DNA of 64,000 nt from an uncultured Bacilli bacterium (GTDB taxonomy: Bacteria > Bacillota_I > Bacilli_A > RF39 > UBA660). Shown one piece after another: positions 1 to 8,599 of this stretch. The translations under genes and the position numbers were made by a program. The DNA is taken from NCBI GenBank assembly GCA_934183155.1, contig CAKPSB010000006.1, forward strand, positions 25,097 to 89,096, written 5' to 3'. The notes beneath the pieces are model-generated. The model was not told the origin of the DNA, made no database searches, and worked only from the letters and a program-made list of their open reading frames with translations. The stretch's first letter is position 1. Each line of letters opens with the position of its first letter.

Positions 1-437
1 TGAAGATCTTCTAATATTAGTTCGCTTTTTAAGTCTATTTTATAGTCATTTTGATTACGCATACTGTCTTTTTTTGAAGCTCTATTTTGACTCATCATTA
101 TTATTGGTGCTTGAATTGCTGACAAACATGATAGCACTAAATTTAAAAGAATAAATGGATATGGGTCTATTTGTTTATCTTTTAAAATAACGGTGTTTAT
201 AATAACCCAAGTTATTAAGAAAATAGAAAATATTATTATGAAAGTCCAACTACCTGCTATTTCTGACAATTTATCGGCCATTTTTTCGCCAAATGTTAGT
301 TGGTTTTTTTCTTCTTTATCAACGTCGATGGCTATTGAACTATCAGCAAGCATATCTATAATATCATTTTTATCCTGTTTATCTAATTTTTGGTGCAAAA
401 TCATTTGTACTATTTCTCTTTTGTCTTTTTTTGACAT
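1..437 (-). CDS. DUF1003-family membrane protein (partial; continues past window start)
   Basis: Minus-strand translation from ATG at 437 (RBS GGAGTGAG upstream) gives MSKKDKREIVQM...WTFIIIFSIFLITWVIINTVIL...LSCLSAIQAPIIMMSQNRASKKD. Two TM helices and a QAP-IMMSQNR motif typical of DUF1003. No stop before position 1. Not in ORF track because incomplete. Confidence 0.45.
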   Translation of the reverse strand, partial: MSKKDKREIVQMILHQKLDKQDKNDIIDMLADSSIAIDVDKEEKNQLTFGEKMADKLSEIAGSWTFIIIFSIFLITWVIINTVILKDKQIDPYPFILLNLVLSCLSAIQAPIIMMSQNRASKKDSMRNQNDYKIDLKSELILEDL

Positions 438-740
438 ATTATCTCACTCCTAACATGTAAAGTTTAACATCTATATATTATTTTATCAAGAAAAATATTA
501 CATATACTAAAATAAATTATTTTATGTATTTAAAAAAAGGATTGTTCGATTAATGTGTAGTTAATTTTGGGTTATTTGTAATACCTTATAGGAAATTTGT
601 TTGTCATATAAGGAGGATATTGGATATGACAAATTTGTATATTTTTCTTATGAAGAAAGAAAAAAATTAGAAGGTTGGTTAAACAATAAATTTAATTAAA
701 TTACTTATATTTCTTTATTTCAGAAACAAACAAAAAACGA

Positions 741-783
741 GCAGACTCTTATAAGAAGAGATTAAGCTCGCTGTTTTCATAAA
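741..783 (-). terminator. Rho-independent terminator downstream of tRNA-His
   Basis: Minus-strand reading: imperfect two-part hairpin (CGAGC/GCTCG outer, CTCTT/AAGAG inner) followed by TTTTTTGTTTGTTT run. Confidence 0.45.
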
Positions 784-861
784 TGGGGCGGAATATCGGA
801 ATCGAACCGATGCATAACGGAACCACAATCCGCCGTGTTAACCACTTCACCAATTCCGCCA
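784..861 (-). tRNA. tRNA-His (anticodon GTG)
   Basis: Reverse complement reads GGCGGAATTGGTGAAGTGGTTAACACGGCGGATTGTGGTTCCGTTATGCATCGGTTCGATTCCGATATTCCGCCCCA. Cloverleaf with extra 5-prime G(-1), anticodon loop TTGTGGT, T-arm GGTTCGATTCC. Close to B. subtilis tRNA-His from memory. Confidence 0.8.
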
Positions 862-876
862 TTTGAAGACAAATAT

Positions 877-905
877 ATTTTATCAGTATTTTATTATTTT
901 TTCAA
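877..905 (-). promoter_or_regulatory. Candidate sigma-A promoter for tRNA-His (TTGAAA-17nt-TGaTAAAAT)
   Basis: Minus strand: -35 TTGAAA (900-905), 17-nt spacer, extended -10 TGATAAAAT (877-885), about 15 nt upstream of tRNA 5-prime end. Confidence 0.4.
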
Positions 906-930
906 GTGTTTTATTAATTTTTTGTTTTAA

Positions 931-962
931 AAAAGAGTCAATTACTTTTTAATTGACTCAAT
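931..962 (-). terminator. Hairpin terminator at 3-prime end of M23 gene
   Basis: GAGTCAATT...AATTGACTC inverted repeat followed by T-run on minus strand, overlapping the stop codon. Confidence 0.4.
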
Positions 963-1600
963 GGCTTGTTATAACAACTATTTGGGTTAACATAACTATT
1001 ATTTATAGATATTTTAAATAATATGTGCTTACCTAAGTTTTTATCTAAATTAGAATTACCGGCTTTACCTATTACTGTTCCTTGACTTATCTCGTCGCCT
1101 TCTTTAACGGTTACTTCACTTAAGCTCTGATAAGTTGTTATAATGTTTTGACTATGCTCTATGGTTATTATTTTTCCTAATAGTTTATCATCTTTTATGC
1201 TAGTTATTTTCCCGTCTAATGTGCTTACAACATCAAATGTGTTATTTATGCCACCGTAGGCTATGCCATTATTTTGAATATATGTTGTGTCATAATTTAA
1301 CAATGACTTTTCTTGTTCTGTTTCTTTTCCTTTATAATCGTAAAATGATTTTATTTCTTTTACATTATTATCATTATATGGCTTAATCATGATAGCTTCG
1401 GTGTTTACTACTGATTGTACTGGGGAAGAGAATAGTTTTGATACATATATATGATCTTCATTTTTACTTTGTTTTAATGTATTATTAGCTGTATTTGCGT
1501 ACCAAATTCCTCCCATTAATAGTGTAAGTGTTCCAATTGCTATTCCATATATTGTTTTTTTAGATATTCCTTTCGTCATTTTATTCACCTCTACTATCAT
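938..1600 (-). CDS. M23/LytM-domain membrane protein (possible SpoIIQ-like)
   Basis: 220 aa, N-terminal TM (IYGIAIGTLTLLMGGIWY). C-terminal LytM-like region (GTVIGKAGNSN...GKHILFKISINNSYVNP). Immediately downstream of spoIID on the same strand. Confidence 0.6.
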   Translation of the reverse strand: MIVEVNKMTKGISKKTIYGIAIGTLTLLMGGIWYANTANNTLKQSKNEDHIYVSKLFSSPVQSVVNTEAIMIKPYNDNNVKEIKSFYDYKGKETEQEKSLLNYDTTYIQNNGIAYGGINNTFDVVSTLDGKITSIKDDKLLGKIITIEHSQNIITTYQSLSEVTVKEGDEISQGTVIGKAGNSNLDKNLGKHILFKISINNSYVNPNSCYNKPLSQLKSN

Positions 1601-1625
1601 TTTGGATAGTTTTTGGTAATTTATA

Positions 1626-2537
1626 CTATATTTTTTTTAATTCGGTGTTTTTATAGTAATATTTTAAAATTTCATCATATTTATATCCTTCTTTAGCCAT
1701 TCCATTAGCTCCATACTGACTCATTCCAACGCCATGGCCAAATCCTTTGGTAGTTATCGTTATACTATCACCGTTTTGAATTATATCAAAATAGTTAGAC
1801 CTTAAATTTAATTTTTTAGCAAATTGGCGGCCATTTATTTCTTGACCGTTTATTTTTAATTTTTTTGTTCGTCCAGTTGTTGTTTTTTCGACTTCGGTTA
1901 TTTCTAATTTATTGTTTATGGGGAGTGATAATTTGTTATAAAAATCGTTTATGCTAAATTTATATGTATCTATGTATGATGGTGAGGATTCATCCCATTT
2001 GCTGCTAGTACTTCTTAAATAAGGTAGTGCTGATGAAAATATTTCTTCACTATTTTCGGTGACACCTGTACTGGTGGAGAAGAACATAGCATTTATAACA
2101 GATGAATTATATGTCAAATATTCTCCTGATGTTTGTTCTATGGCTTTTTTTATTTTATTTATTTTTTTGGGGTATTCTTCTTTCCATATTTGTTTTAATT
2201 CATTATCGGTTTTGTAAACTTGATTTGTTGTTGTATTTGTTAGATCATATTCTCTATTTTTACTACCATTTATTTGATACATGGCATAGCTTCTTGAGGC
2301 AACAGCTTGTGCTTTTAAGGCTTCAATTTCAAATGACGATGGCATTTCACTGGCAACCACTCCTTTTATGTAATCTTCAAATGGAATTGTGTTTATATTT
2401 CCTGTTTTTTCGTCTTTTACTCTTACAAAGTTATTTGATATATATTTAAATTTTATATTATCGGTTTTTATAAATATTTTTGTGCATAAAAAAGGTATTA
2501 TAATAACTAACAGCGCTACTACAATAAGCTTTTTCAT
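1626..2537 (-). CDS. spoIID: Stage II sporulation protein D (SpoIID lytic transglycosylase)
   Basis: 303 aa with N-terminal TM and the SpoIID hallmark GHGVGMSQYGANGMAKEGY plus AQAVASRSYA motif. Confidence 0.85.
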   Translation of the reverse strand: MKKLIVVALLVIIIPFLCTKIFIKTDNIKFKYISNNFVRVKDEKTGNINTIPFEDYIKGVVASEMPSSFEIEALKAQAVASRSYAMYQINGSKNREYDLTNTTTNQVYKTDNELKQIWKEEYPKKINKIKKAIEQTSGEYLTYNSSVINAMFFSTSTGVTENSEEIFSSALPYLRSTSSKWDESSPSYIDTYKFSINDFYNKLSLPINNKLEITEVEKTTTGRTKKLKINGQEINGRQFAKKLNLRSNYFDIIQNGDSITITTKGFGHGVGMSQYGANGMAKEGYKYDEILKYYYKNTELKKI

Positions 2538-2551
2538 AATTTAGTTCCTTT

Positions 2552-2749
2552 CTAAATGAATTTTGTATTGATAAAAAAATCATATAAAAAATTTACTACT
2601 AAATACGCTAAAGCCATGCTGATAAGTAAATATAATACTCTTGACGAATAGTATCTATTTTTTTTAAATATTCCTGATATGTTTAGACTTTCTAATGACC
2701 AAATTGTTATTATTATCACTACGATGTATATAAATCCTTTTAATGCCAT
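2552..2749 (-). CDS. Small hypothetical membrane protein (2 TM)
   Basis: 65-aa ORF with two hydrophobic helices between spoIID and rpiB. No recognisable family. Confidence 0.3.
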   Translation of the reverse strand: MALKGFIYIVVIIITIWSLESLNISGIFKKNRYYSSRVLYLLISMALAYLVVNFLYDFFINTKFI

Positions 2750-3267
2750 TAATTTTTATAACTATCTAGCATTTCAATGCGCTTTTTGTGACGTTCTAGA
2801 TTGCTGAAGGGGGTGTTTAAAAATACATCGGTAATGTCTTTTGCTCTATATAATGGCATGCTGCCGCTTATAGCAATTATATTAGCATCATTGTCTTTTC
2901 TTGTATATTTTGTTTCTTTAATATTATCAACTTTGGCACATCTTACTTTATCAATTTTGTTGCAAGCGATGCTTATGCCAATGCCACTTCCACAAATTGC
3001 TATGGCTTTTTCGACATTTCCATCTCTAACTGCTTTTCCCAATTTAAATCCATATTCAGGATAATCATGACTATTTTCATCATCGCATCCGTAGTCAATA
3101 ACAGTATAACCTTTCTTGTTTAAATATTTTGTAAGTTTTTGTTTTAATTTATAGCCTCGGTGATCACTAGCAAGACCTATTTTTTTTGTCGGAATATTTA
3201 TATCAAGCATTGTTTTTTCTTGATAATTGTTTTTTACTATTTCTTTTAATGATGTTTCTTTTTCCAT
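2749..3267 (-). CDS. rpiB: Ribose-5-phosphate isomerase B
   Basis: RpiB/LacAB signature KIGLASDHRGYKLK...AIAICGSGIGISIACNK. Start re-set to ATG at 3267 (MEKETS...) preceded by AGGAGG. The ORF-track 225-aa version runs through the tRNA-Trp gene. Confidence 0.85.
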   Translation of the reverse strand: MEKETSLKEIVKNNYQEKTMLDINIPTKKIGLASDHRGYKLKQKLTKYLNKKGYTVIDYGCDDENSHDYPEYGFKLGKAVRDGNVEKAIAICGSGIGISIACNKIDKVRCAKVDNIKETKYTRKDNDANIIAISGSMPLYRAKDITDVFLNTPFSNLERHKKRIEMLDSYKN

Positions 3268-3365
3268 TTTATGCCTCCTTTTTATATTATAACTTTCTTT
3301 TGTGAAATTTTTTAGAATTTTTAAATAAAAGGTCATAAACAGAGCTATGACCTTAGTTTTAATAA

Positions 3366-3440
3366 TGGCAGGGGAAGCAAGACTTGAACTCACGACATTC
3401 GGTTTTGGAGACCGACGTTCTACCAACTGAACTATTCCCC
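3366..3440 (-). tRNA. tRNA-Trp (anticodon CCA)
   Basis: Reverse complement GGGGAATAGTTCAGTTGGTAGAACGTCGGTCTCCAAAACCGAATGTCGTGAGTTCAAGTCTTGCTTCCCCTGCCA. Anticodon loop CTCCAAA, very similar to B. subtilis tRNA-Trp. Upstream (minus) TTGAAT-17-TGaTATAAT promoter-like sequence at about 3461-3489. Confidence 0.85.
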
Positions 3441-3518
3441 TATTTTTTTTGACAAGTTGATTATATCACATTATTTAAACTTATTCAATGTTTTTTCATA
3501 TAATATATTGGTGAGAAT

Positions 3519-3947
3519 ATGGCAGTTATAAAATATGTTGAAAAAGAGCGGGACCTTTTGGCAAGACTTATGCGTGCTGAGGCTATTGGCGAAGGTGAGT
3601 TAGGGATGTTGATGGTTGGCAATGTGGTTGTTAACAGAGTTTTAGCTAATTGCTTAACTTTTAAAAATACTAATACTATTTCAAAGGTTTTATATCAAAG
3701 TCCTGGGGGATTTTCAGGAATTGATTCTCCTTTGTTTTTTAGTAATCCTACTACTTTAGAGAAAAATTTAGCTGACAGGGTTATTAAGGGCGAATATTAT
3801 TATCCGGCAACACATGCTTTATGGTTTTATGCTCCTAAATCTGGTGAGGCATGTAAAGCAAGTTGGTGGGGGCAATATAATAGTGGAAGGTACAAGAATC
3901 ATTGTTTTTATGTTCCTGAGACTGGAATATGTAATGAAATAAGATAA
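3519..3947 (+). CDS. cwlJ: Spore cortex-lytic cell wall hydrolase, SleB/CwlJ family
   Basis: 142 aa (same length as B. subtilis CwlJ). Hydrolase_2 motifs LLARLMRAEAIGEG...MLMVGNVVVNRV...YQSPGGFSG. Confidence 0.8.
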   Translation: MAVIKYVEKERDLLARLMRAEAIGEGELGMLMVGNVVVNRVLANCLTFKNTNTISKVLYQSPGGFSGIDSPLFFSNPTTLEKNLADRVIKGEYYYPATHALWFYAPKSGEACKASWWGQYNSGRYKNHCFYVPETGICNEIR

Positions 3948-3963
3948 AAGAGACTATTATAAA

Positions 3964-5037
3964 CTAGTCTCCTATTTTATGAGTTAATTTTAAAGTTAGC
4001 TCTTTTTCTTTACCATCTCTGTTGACTGTTACTTTAACGGAATCGCCTATATTGTGTTTATAAAGTAGATATTTTAAATGAGCTGAACTTTTAACTGTTG
4101 TTCCATCTATTTTAGTAATAATATCGTTTTTCTCTAATCCAGCTTTTTCAGCGTCACTATCTTTTTGAACTTCATTTACGATTACGCCTGATTTTACGCC
4201 GTTTATCTTAATGGTAGAATTATAATATTGTACTTTATCTAAGTCATAAAGTGAAACACCTATAAGTGGTCTTTCTATTGTCTTAGAATTTTCTAGTTTT
4301 TCTGTGCCACTCATGGCTACTTCAATTGGAATGGCAAATCCCATTCCCTCAACTGAGCTTTCAACTAATTTTACAGAATTTACGCCTATAACTTGTCCAT
4401 TTATGTTTACTAATGGGCCACCACTATTTCCTGGATTAATAGATGCGTCTATTTGAATTGCCTCCATCATGTATTGTGTTCCAGAATTAGTTATTGTTAT
4501 TTCTCTATTTTCACCTGATATTATTCCTTTGGTAACTGTACCGGCGTAGTCTGTGCTTACTGGAGTTCCAACGGTAAATACTGTGTCACCCACTTTTGAT
4601 TTTGAGCTATCTCCTATTTCAGCCACGCCTAATACTTTATCAGCGTTTATTCTAACAACAGCTATGTCCATGTATGAATCGGTTCCTAATACTTTGGCGT
4701 CTACATCTTCGCCTGAACTTAAGGTTACTTTTATTTCACTTGCGCCGTCTACAACGTGATTATTTGTCATAATATAACCGTATTTATTATCTTTTTTATA
4801 AACAAAGCCAGAACCATAGCCAGATAATCTACCATTTTGGTAGTTGTTAACGACGACGACTGAGTCGTATACTTTTTCAACTGATTCATTTATTGAATCT
4901 TTTGAGGTTATAGTTACATTTTTTTTGACTGATGTTTGATTATTATTTGTACTTTTTTCATTAAAATACAATGTTCCACAAACGCCTATTGATAAGGCTA
5001 TTATAATCATTACTATATTTATTATTTTTTCTCGCAT
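3964..5037 (-). CDS. htrA: HtrA/DegP-family serine protease with PDZ domain
   Basis: 357 aa, N-terminal TM. Catalytic His (TNNHVV), Asp, Ser (GNSGGPLVN), C-terminal PDZ-like region. Confidence 0.85.
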   Translation of the reverse strand: MREKIINIVMIIIALSIGVCGTLYFNEKSTNNNQTSVKKNVTITSKDSINESVEKVYDSVVVVNNYQNGRLSGYGSGFVYKKDNKYGYIMTNNHVVDGASEIKVTLSSGEDVDAKVLGTDSYMDIAVVRINADKVLGVAEIGDSSKSKVGDTVFTVGTPVSTDYAGTVTKGIISGENREITITNSGTQYMMEAIQIDASINPGNSGGPLVNINGQVIGVNSVKLVESSVEGMGFAIPIEVAMSGTEKLENSKTIERPLIGVSLYDLDKVQYYNSTIKINGVKSGVIVNEVQKDSDAEKAGLEKNDIITKIDGTTVKSSAHLKYLLYKHNIGDSVKVTVNRDGKEKELTLKLTHKIGD

Positions 5038-5046
5038 AATATCCTC

Positions 5047-5979
5047 CTAATCTAATTTTTTTATTTCATACCAATTTTCTGGAAAGCCTATTTTGTTTAA
5101 TATGGTTTCTAGAGGAACTGTGTCTATTTTTTCATCTAGCCAATCAACTTCTCTTTTTATTTCATTTATTAATCTTTCAAATTCTTCATTTCTAAGCATT
5201 TCCTTCATTATTATAACTAGACTAAATAGATCGTTTTTACCATAAATATAACCATCTTCTGATTTTGGAATATTTAAAATTTCATGATATTTACTGTCAG
5301 GAACAACCCTTTGGGTGCGATGGTCATATAACATATCTTCGTGCGCACACACATTTCTAAAGTTTGATAATAATACTAAATAGTCTGACAGTTTGCTTGC
5401 TGATATATTATAAACTTTGGCTATTTCATTTTGATCTTCGTTTTTTAATATTCCATAAAATTCAGCCATTATACCAAACGAAAGTATTTTAACAGAAATC
5501 CATAATGGAATGTATCCATAATTACTTATGTAATGCATGGTTGCCGTATGCTTACGTCCGTTTATTCTAATTTGTCTTTTTACTTTATCTAAAACATCAT
5601 AAACTCGTCTTGATTCTAGGCAATCTTGGGCAAAATTTTTGGGATCTAGATATTCTTTTTCTTTAAACCCGTATTTTTTACTCAGCTGGTAACTCATAAT
5701 TGATTTTATATTGTTTTCAACTATTAATATGTTTTTAAAGAATGTATTGCGCAAGGCTCTATCAAAGACAAATGTGGCATATAGTTCTTCAAATGTTGTT
5801 CCTGGCAAAAATTTTTTATCACCAAATTTGGCCATAAACAAATGTCTATAACCACTTATAAAAAAATAGTTTTCTCTAAAAAGTATTTCTCTAGCCTTTC
5901 CTTTATCTCTTATTATCAGGCCTTTATTTTCTAATATTTCTACTTGTTCATCTAGTGTTTTGAATATTTTTCCTGTCAC
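5047..5979 (-). CDS. Abi_2 family (AbiD/AbiD1/AbiF-like) abortive-infection protein
   Basis: 310 aa. N-terminal LENKGLIIRDKGKAREILFRENYFFISGYRHLF matches the Abi_2 (PF07751) consensus L..rGL.i.D...A...L..inYYrLsgY. Upstream minus-strand TTGACA/TGcTATAAT elements (13-nt spacer). Confidence 0.7.
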   Translation of the reverse strand: MTGKIFKTLDEQVEILENKGLIIRDKGKAREILFRENYFFISGYRHLFMAKFGDKKFLPGTTFEELYATFVFDRALRNTFFKNILIVENNIKSIMSYQLSKKYGFKEKEYLDPKNFAQDCLESRRVYDVLDKVKRQIRINGRKHTATMHYISNYGYIPLWISVKILSFGIMAEFYGILKNEDQNEIAKVYNISASKLSDYLVLLSNFRNVCAHEDMLYDHRTQRVVPDSKYHEILNIPKSEDGYIYGKNDLFSLVIIMKEMLRNEEFERLINEIKREVDWLDEKIDTVPLETILNKIGFPENWYEIKKLD

Positions 5980-6044
5980 TTTCTTCTCACCTATGATAAT
6001 TATAGCATAAAAACACTTGTCAAATATGATAAAATGGTGAAATT

Positions 6045-6701
6045 TTAATTCGTTAAATATTTTATTGACGCTTTTGTAATGACGTCTGCTAATTTATTTT
6101 GATAAGTTTCGTTTGTTAATAAAGCTCTTTCCCCCGAATTTGAAAGAAATCCTATTTCTAATAATAGCCCAGGTCTGTTTACTCTTCTTTGAAGATATCT
6201 AGTACTGTTTTCTTTATAATTTCTTTTGGTATTTAAATATTTTTTAAAATAGTCTTGAAAAATAATTGCTAGTTTTTTATTTTCGGGATTAATTGTATCA
6301 TAATGAGCCTCTGCTCCGTGAAGCAAACCTGTATCATCTGCATTTAAATGTATAGAAAGATATAAATCGCAGTTTGATTTATTAATTATGTTTGCTCGTC
6401 TTGATAAATCACTACGTTTTCTATTCCAAGCATTACCAACGGCTAAATCATAATCACCATATCTGGTTAGGTAGACTGTTGCACCAGCTTTTTTTAGAGC
6501 TTTTTCTATTTTTTTTGTTATTTCTAAGTTTATATCTGATTCTTTTATGTTTTTATAAAAGGCGCCACTATCGACTCCTCCATGACCACTATCTAAATAT
6601 ATTACTTTAGATAGTAATGGTAATTTGTTTTCAGCAAAAGTTATATTAAATAAGCATAACGACATTAACAAAGTAAATAATAATAGTGATCTATTTTTCA
6701 T
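6045..6701 (-). CDS. cwlD: N-acetylmuramoyl-L-alanine amidase (Amidase_3; CwlD-like)
   Basis: 218 aa, signal peptide, Amidase_3 motifs VIYLDSGHGGVDSGA...DLYLSIHLNA...GLLLEIGFLSN. Size and context consistent with a germination-specific amidase. Confidence 0.7.
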   Translation of the reverse strand: MKNRSLLLFTLLMSLCLFNITFAENKLPLLSKVIYLDSGHGGVDSGAFYKNIKESDINLEITKKIEKALKKAGATVYLTRYGDYDLAVGNAWNRKRSDLSRRANIINKSNCDLYLSIHLNADDTGLLHGAEAHYDTINPENKKLAIIFQDYFKKYLNTKRNYKENSTRYLQRRVNRPGLLLEIGFLSNSGERALLTNETYQNKLADVITKASIKYLTN

Positions 6702-6809
6702 AAATATCCCCCATAAATTATATGAGTTTATTTATTGTTTAATTATTTTTTATAATATATTTAATGTATTTTTAAAATGATTGTTTTTATTCTTTTATTT
6801 GAAACACCT

Positions 6810-7409
6810 TTAGGTGTTTTTTAAATATCCGATGATAACTATTTGTTTGTCAAATGATTTACAGGTAATTAGCGTTATCGTTTTTTTGCTTTTATCTCGG
6901 AAAATTGATACCTTTCCCGTCTTTAATACTTCATATTTTTTTGATATTTCATAAATATAGTTTTGACCTTTGTAATTTATTTCTATCTTATCTTTTAAAT
7001 TAAGTTCATCTAAATGTTTGAAATATCCAACGGCCGTATTGCCGCTATGGGCCGCTAATATAAAATTACCTCCTTCGATGTTTGGCAAGGATGATGTTTT
7101 TAATATTTCTATGTTCTTATTAACATCATTTAATGGCGAGTCTATATCATACAAGTATTTTTTTAATTTTATTTTAGGAATATTTATGACTCCTATGTAA
7201 TTGTTTTGATTTGTTTTTTCTGTTTTTATTTTTATATCTTCTTTTATTTTGTTTGGATTATTTTTTTCTTGATCTTTATTTATTGTATATGTTTCTTTTT
7301 TTATAGTTCGTTTTGTTTCTTTCAATATGGATATACAAATGAAAAAGCAACCAATTATTATTAAGGCTAAAGCTACTTTTCTAATTTTTTTTATATAAAG
7401 CAAGGCCAT
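6810..7409 (-). CDS. Sortase family transpeptidase
   Basis: 199 aa, N-terminal membrane anchor, catalytic His (NFILAAHSG) and TLITC Cys motif. Conserved Arg after the Cys not evident, so possibly atypical or C-terminally short. Stop codon lies inside a hairpin. Confidence 0.65.
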   Translation of the reverse strand: MALLYIKKIRKVALALIIIGCFFICISILKETKRTIKKETYTINKDQEKNNPNKIKEDIKIKTEKTNQNNYIGVINIPKIKLKKYLYDIDSPLNDVNKNIEILKTSSLPNIEGGNFILAAHSGNTAVGYFKHLDELNLKDKIEINYKGQNYIYEISKKYEVLKTGKVSIFRDKSKKTITLITCKSFDKQIVIIGYLKNT

Positions 7410-8274
7410 GTACTAACATAAAAGTCCCAATAAGTGGAGTAATATCATAAAGTCCCGTGTTTGGAACTTCTATTTCTTCAGGGACTTGTTCGCTTTTTAT
7501 TTCTAATGTTGCCTTTTTGTCAGAAGTTGCTCTTAAAGCGGCTAATTTTTGAGATGTTCCCTTACTATAGATTAATAATGGTGCGCTATCATAATATTTT
7601 CTTGTTAATTCTATCTCTTCATTATATGGGGACTCATTTAAAGTGATTATTAGTTGATTGTTTTCTTTAATTATTTTATGATATTTACTTTGCGCTATAT
7701 CATAGTCTTCTAACACGTTATTTTCATCTGTTAATGTTACTGTCGTTCCCACTTGGCCTTTTATCAGTTTATTAGCGAAACTAGGCATTAATTTATGCTT
7801 AGCTATAAGATTTTTTATTTCATCTTTTTCTTTGGTTACATCTATGATATTACCACTATTATTTTTGGCAGTTGACCATGATACATCAATATCACTTTTG
7901 ATGGCTTTCCATATTAATTCTTGAGTAGCTATATAATAATATTCTGTATTATGTCCTGGGTATTCATATCCATAATAACCAATAAGTTCAATATATTCTT
8001 TAACTTCGTTTGATAAATTGATGTTGTCCCAACTGGTAAATATTTCATAATATCTTTGATTTATTTCTACACCAGGTTCTATACAATATGCTATTCTTTC
8101 TTTTAGTTTAAACATAGTAACACCATTTGATTCTATCTTTCCATTTATGTTTAAATTATAGTATATTTCATTTAAATGAATGTAACTTATTTTTGCTTCT
8201 TCGGCTTTAGCAGAATTAAAATAGACTCCAAACAGTAAGATAAAAAATAATAGTAATGAAAATATTTTTTTCAT
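7381..8274 (-). CDS. Sortase-anchored surface protein (VPNTG sorting signal)
   Basis: Start re-set to ATG 8274 (MKKIFSLLLFF..., AGGAGA RBS). Signal peptide. C-terminal EIEVPNTG followed by a hydrophobic stretch and KKN tail, a classic cell-wall sorting signal. Confidence 0.55.
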   Translation of the reverse strand: MKKIFSLLLFFILLFGVYFNSAKAEEAKISYIHLNEIYYNLNINGKIESNGVTMFKLKERIAYCIEPGVEINQRYYEIFTSWDNINLSNEVKEYIELIGYYGYEYPGHNTEYYYIATQELIWKAIKSDIDVSWSTAKNNSGNIIDVTKEKDEIKNLIAKHKLMPSFANKLIKGQVGTTVTLTDENNVLEDYDIAQSKYHKIIKENNQLIITLNESPYNEEIELTRKYYDSAPLLIYSKGTSQKLAALRATSDKKATLEIKSEQVPEEIEVPNTGLYDITPLIGTFMLVHGLALYKKN

Positions 8275-8342
8275 ATTTTCTCCTTTCTTTTGCCCCTTCA
8301 TTTATTAACATAGTTTATGTTTTATTAAAATCCTGCTTTATT

Positions 8343-8370
8343 GAACAAAAAAAATTAAGCTTTTGCTTAA
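8343..8370 (-). terminator. Terminator after rpsR
   Basis: TTAAGC-TTTT-GCTTAA hairpin followed by T-run on minus strand. Confidence 0.45.
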
Positions 8371-8373
8371 TTT

Positions 8374-8589
8374 TTATTTAACGAATGGTAATAAAGCCAT
8401 AAATCTAGCTTTTTTAACTTCGCCAGCTATATATCTTTGGTGTTTAGCGCAGGCACCAGTCATTCTTCTTGGTAAAATTTTGCCTTTATCTAAACTAACA
8501 TACTTTTTTACGGTGTCATCTTTATAACTTACATGTTTTCCGGCACACATTTGACATATTTTTCTTTTTCTTCTACGAAATTCTGCCAT
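8374..8589 (-). CDS. rpsR: 30S ribosomal protein S18
   Basis: 71 aa, [11 protein letters not shown]...ILPRRMTG...[21 protein letters not shown] is canonical S18. Confidence 0.92.
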   Translation of the reverse strand: MAEFRRRKRKICQMCAGKHVSYKDDTVKKYVSLDKGKILPRRMTGACAKHQRYIAGEVKKARFMALLPFVK

Positions 8590-8599
8590 ATCTATCCTC

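Noticed and set aside
193-453. ORF-track 86-aa plus-strand ORF
   Set aside because: Low-complexity S/I/F-rich translation. The opposite strand encodes a convincing DUF1003 membrane protein with RBS, so this is an antisense artefact.
2102-2449. Plus-strand 115-aa ORF inside spoIID
   Set aside because: Antisense to a well-supported gene, Leu/Phe-rich low-complexity product typical of AT-rich antisense frames. The same reasoning applies to 2801-3064, 4553-4759, 6392-6610, 7018-7200, 7461-7646, 8533-8820, 8883-9101, 10074-10514, 10950-11375, 11850-12113, 12953-13207, 13348-13536, 14491-14818, 16916-17158, 17334-17911, 18338-18568, 20471-21400, 30227-30451, 31189-31556, 32986-33818, 35371-35580, 36905-37087, 41326-41538, 43477-43671, 46264-46476, 48856-49125, 49789-50067, 50312-50509, 52124-52507, 52862-53053, 54242-54430, 55667-55852, 56462-56813, 58317-58925, 59946-60179, 60568-61072, 61955-62242, 62514-63950.
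2749-3426. ORF-track 225-aa version of rpiB
   Set aside because: The N-terminal 53 codons run straight through the tRNA-Trp gene. A strong AGGAGG-ATG start at 3267 gives a normal-length RpiB.
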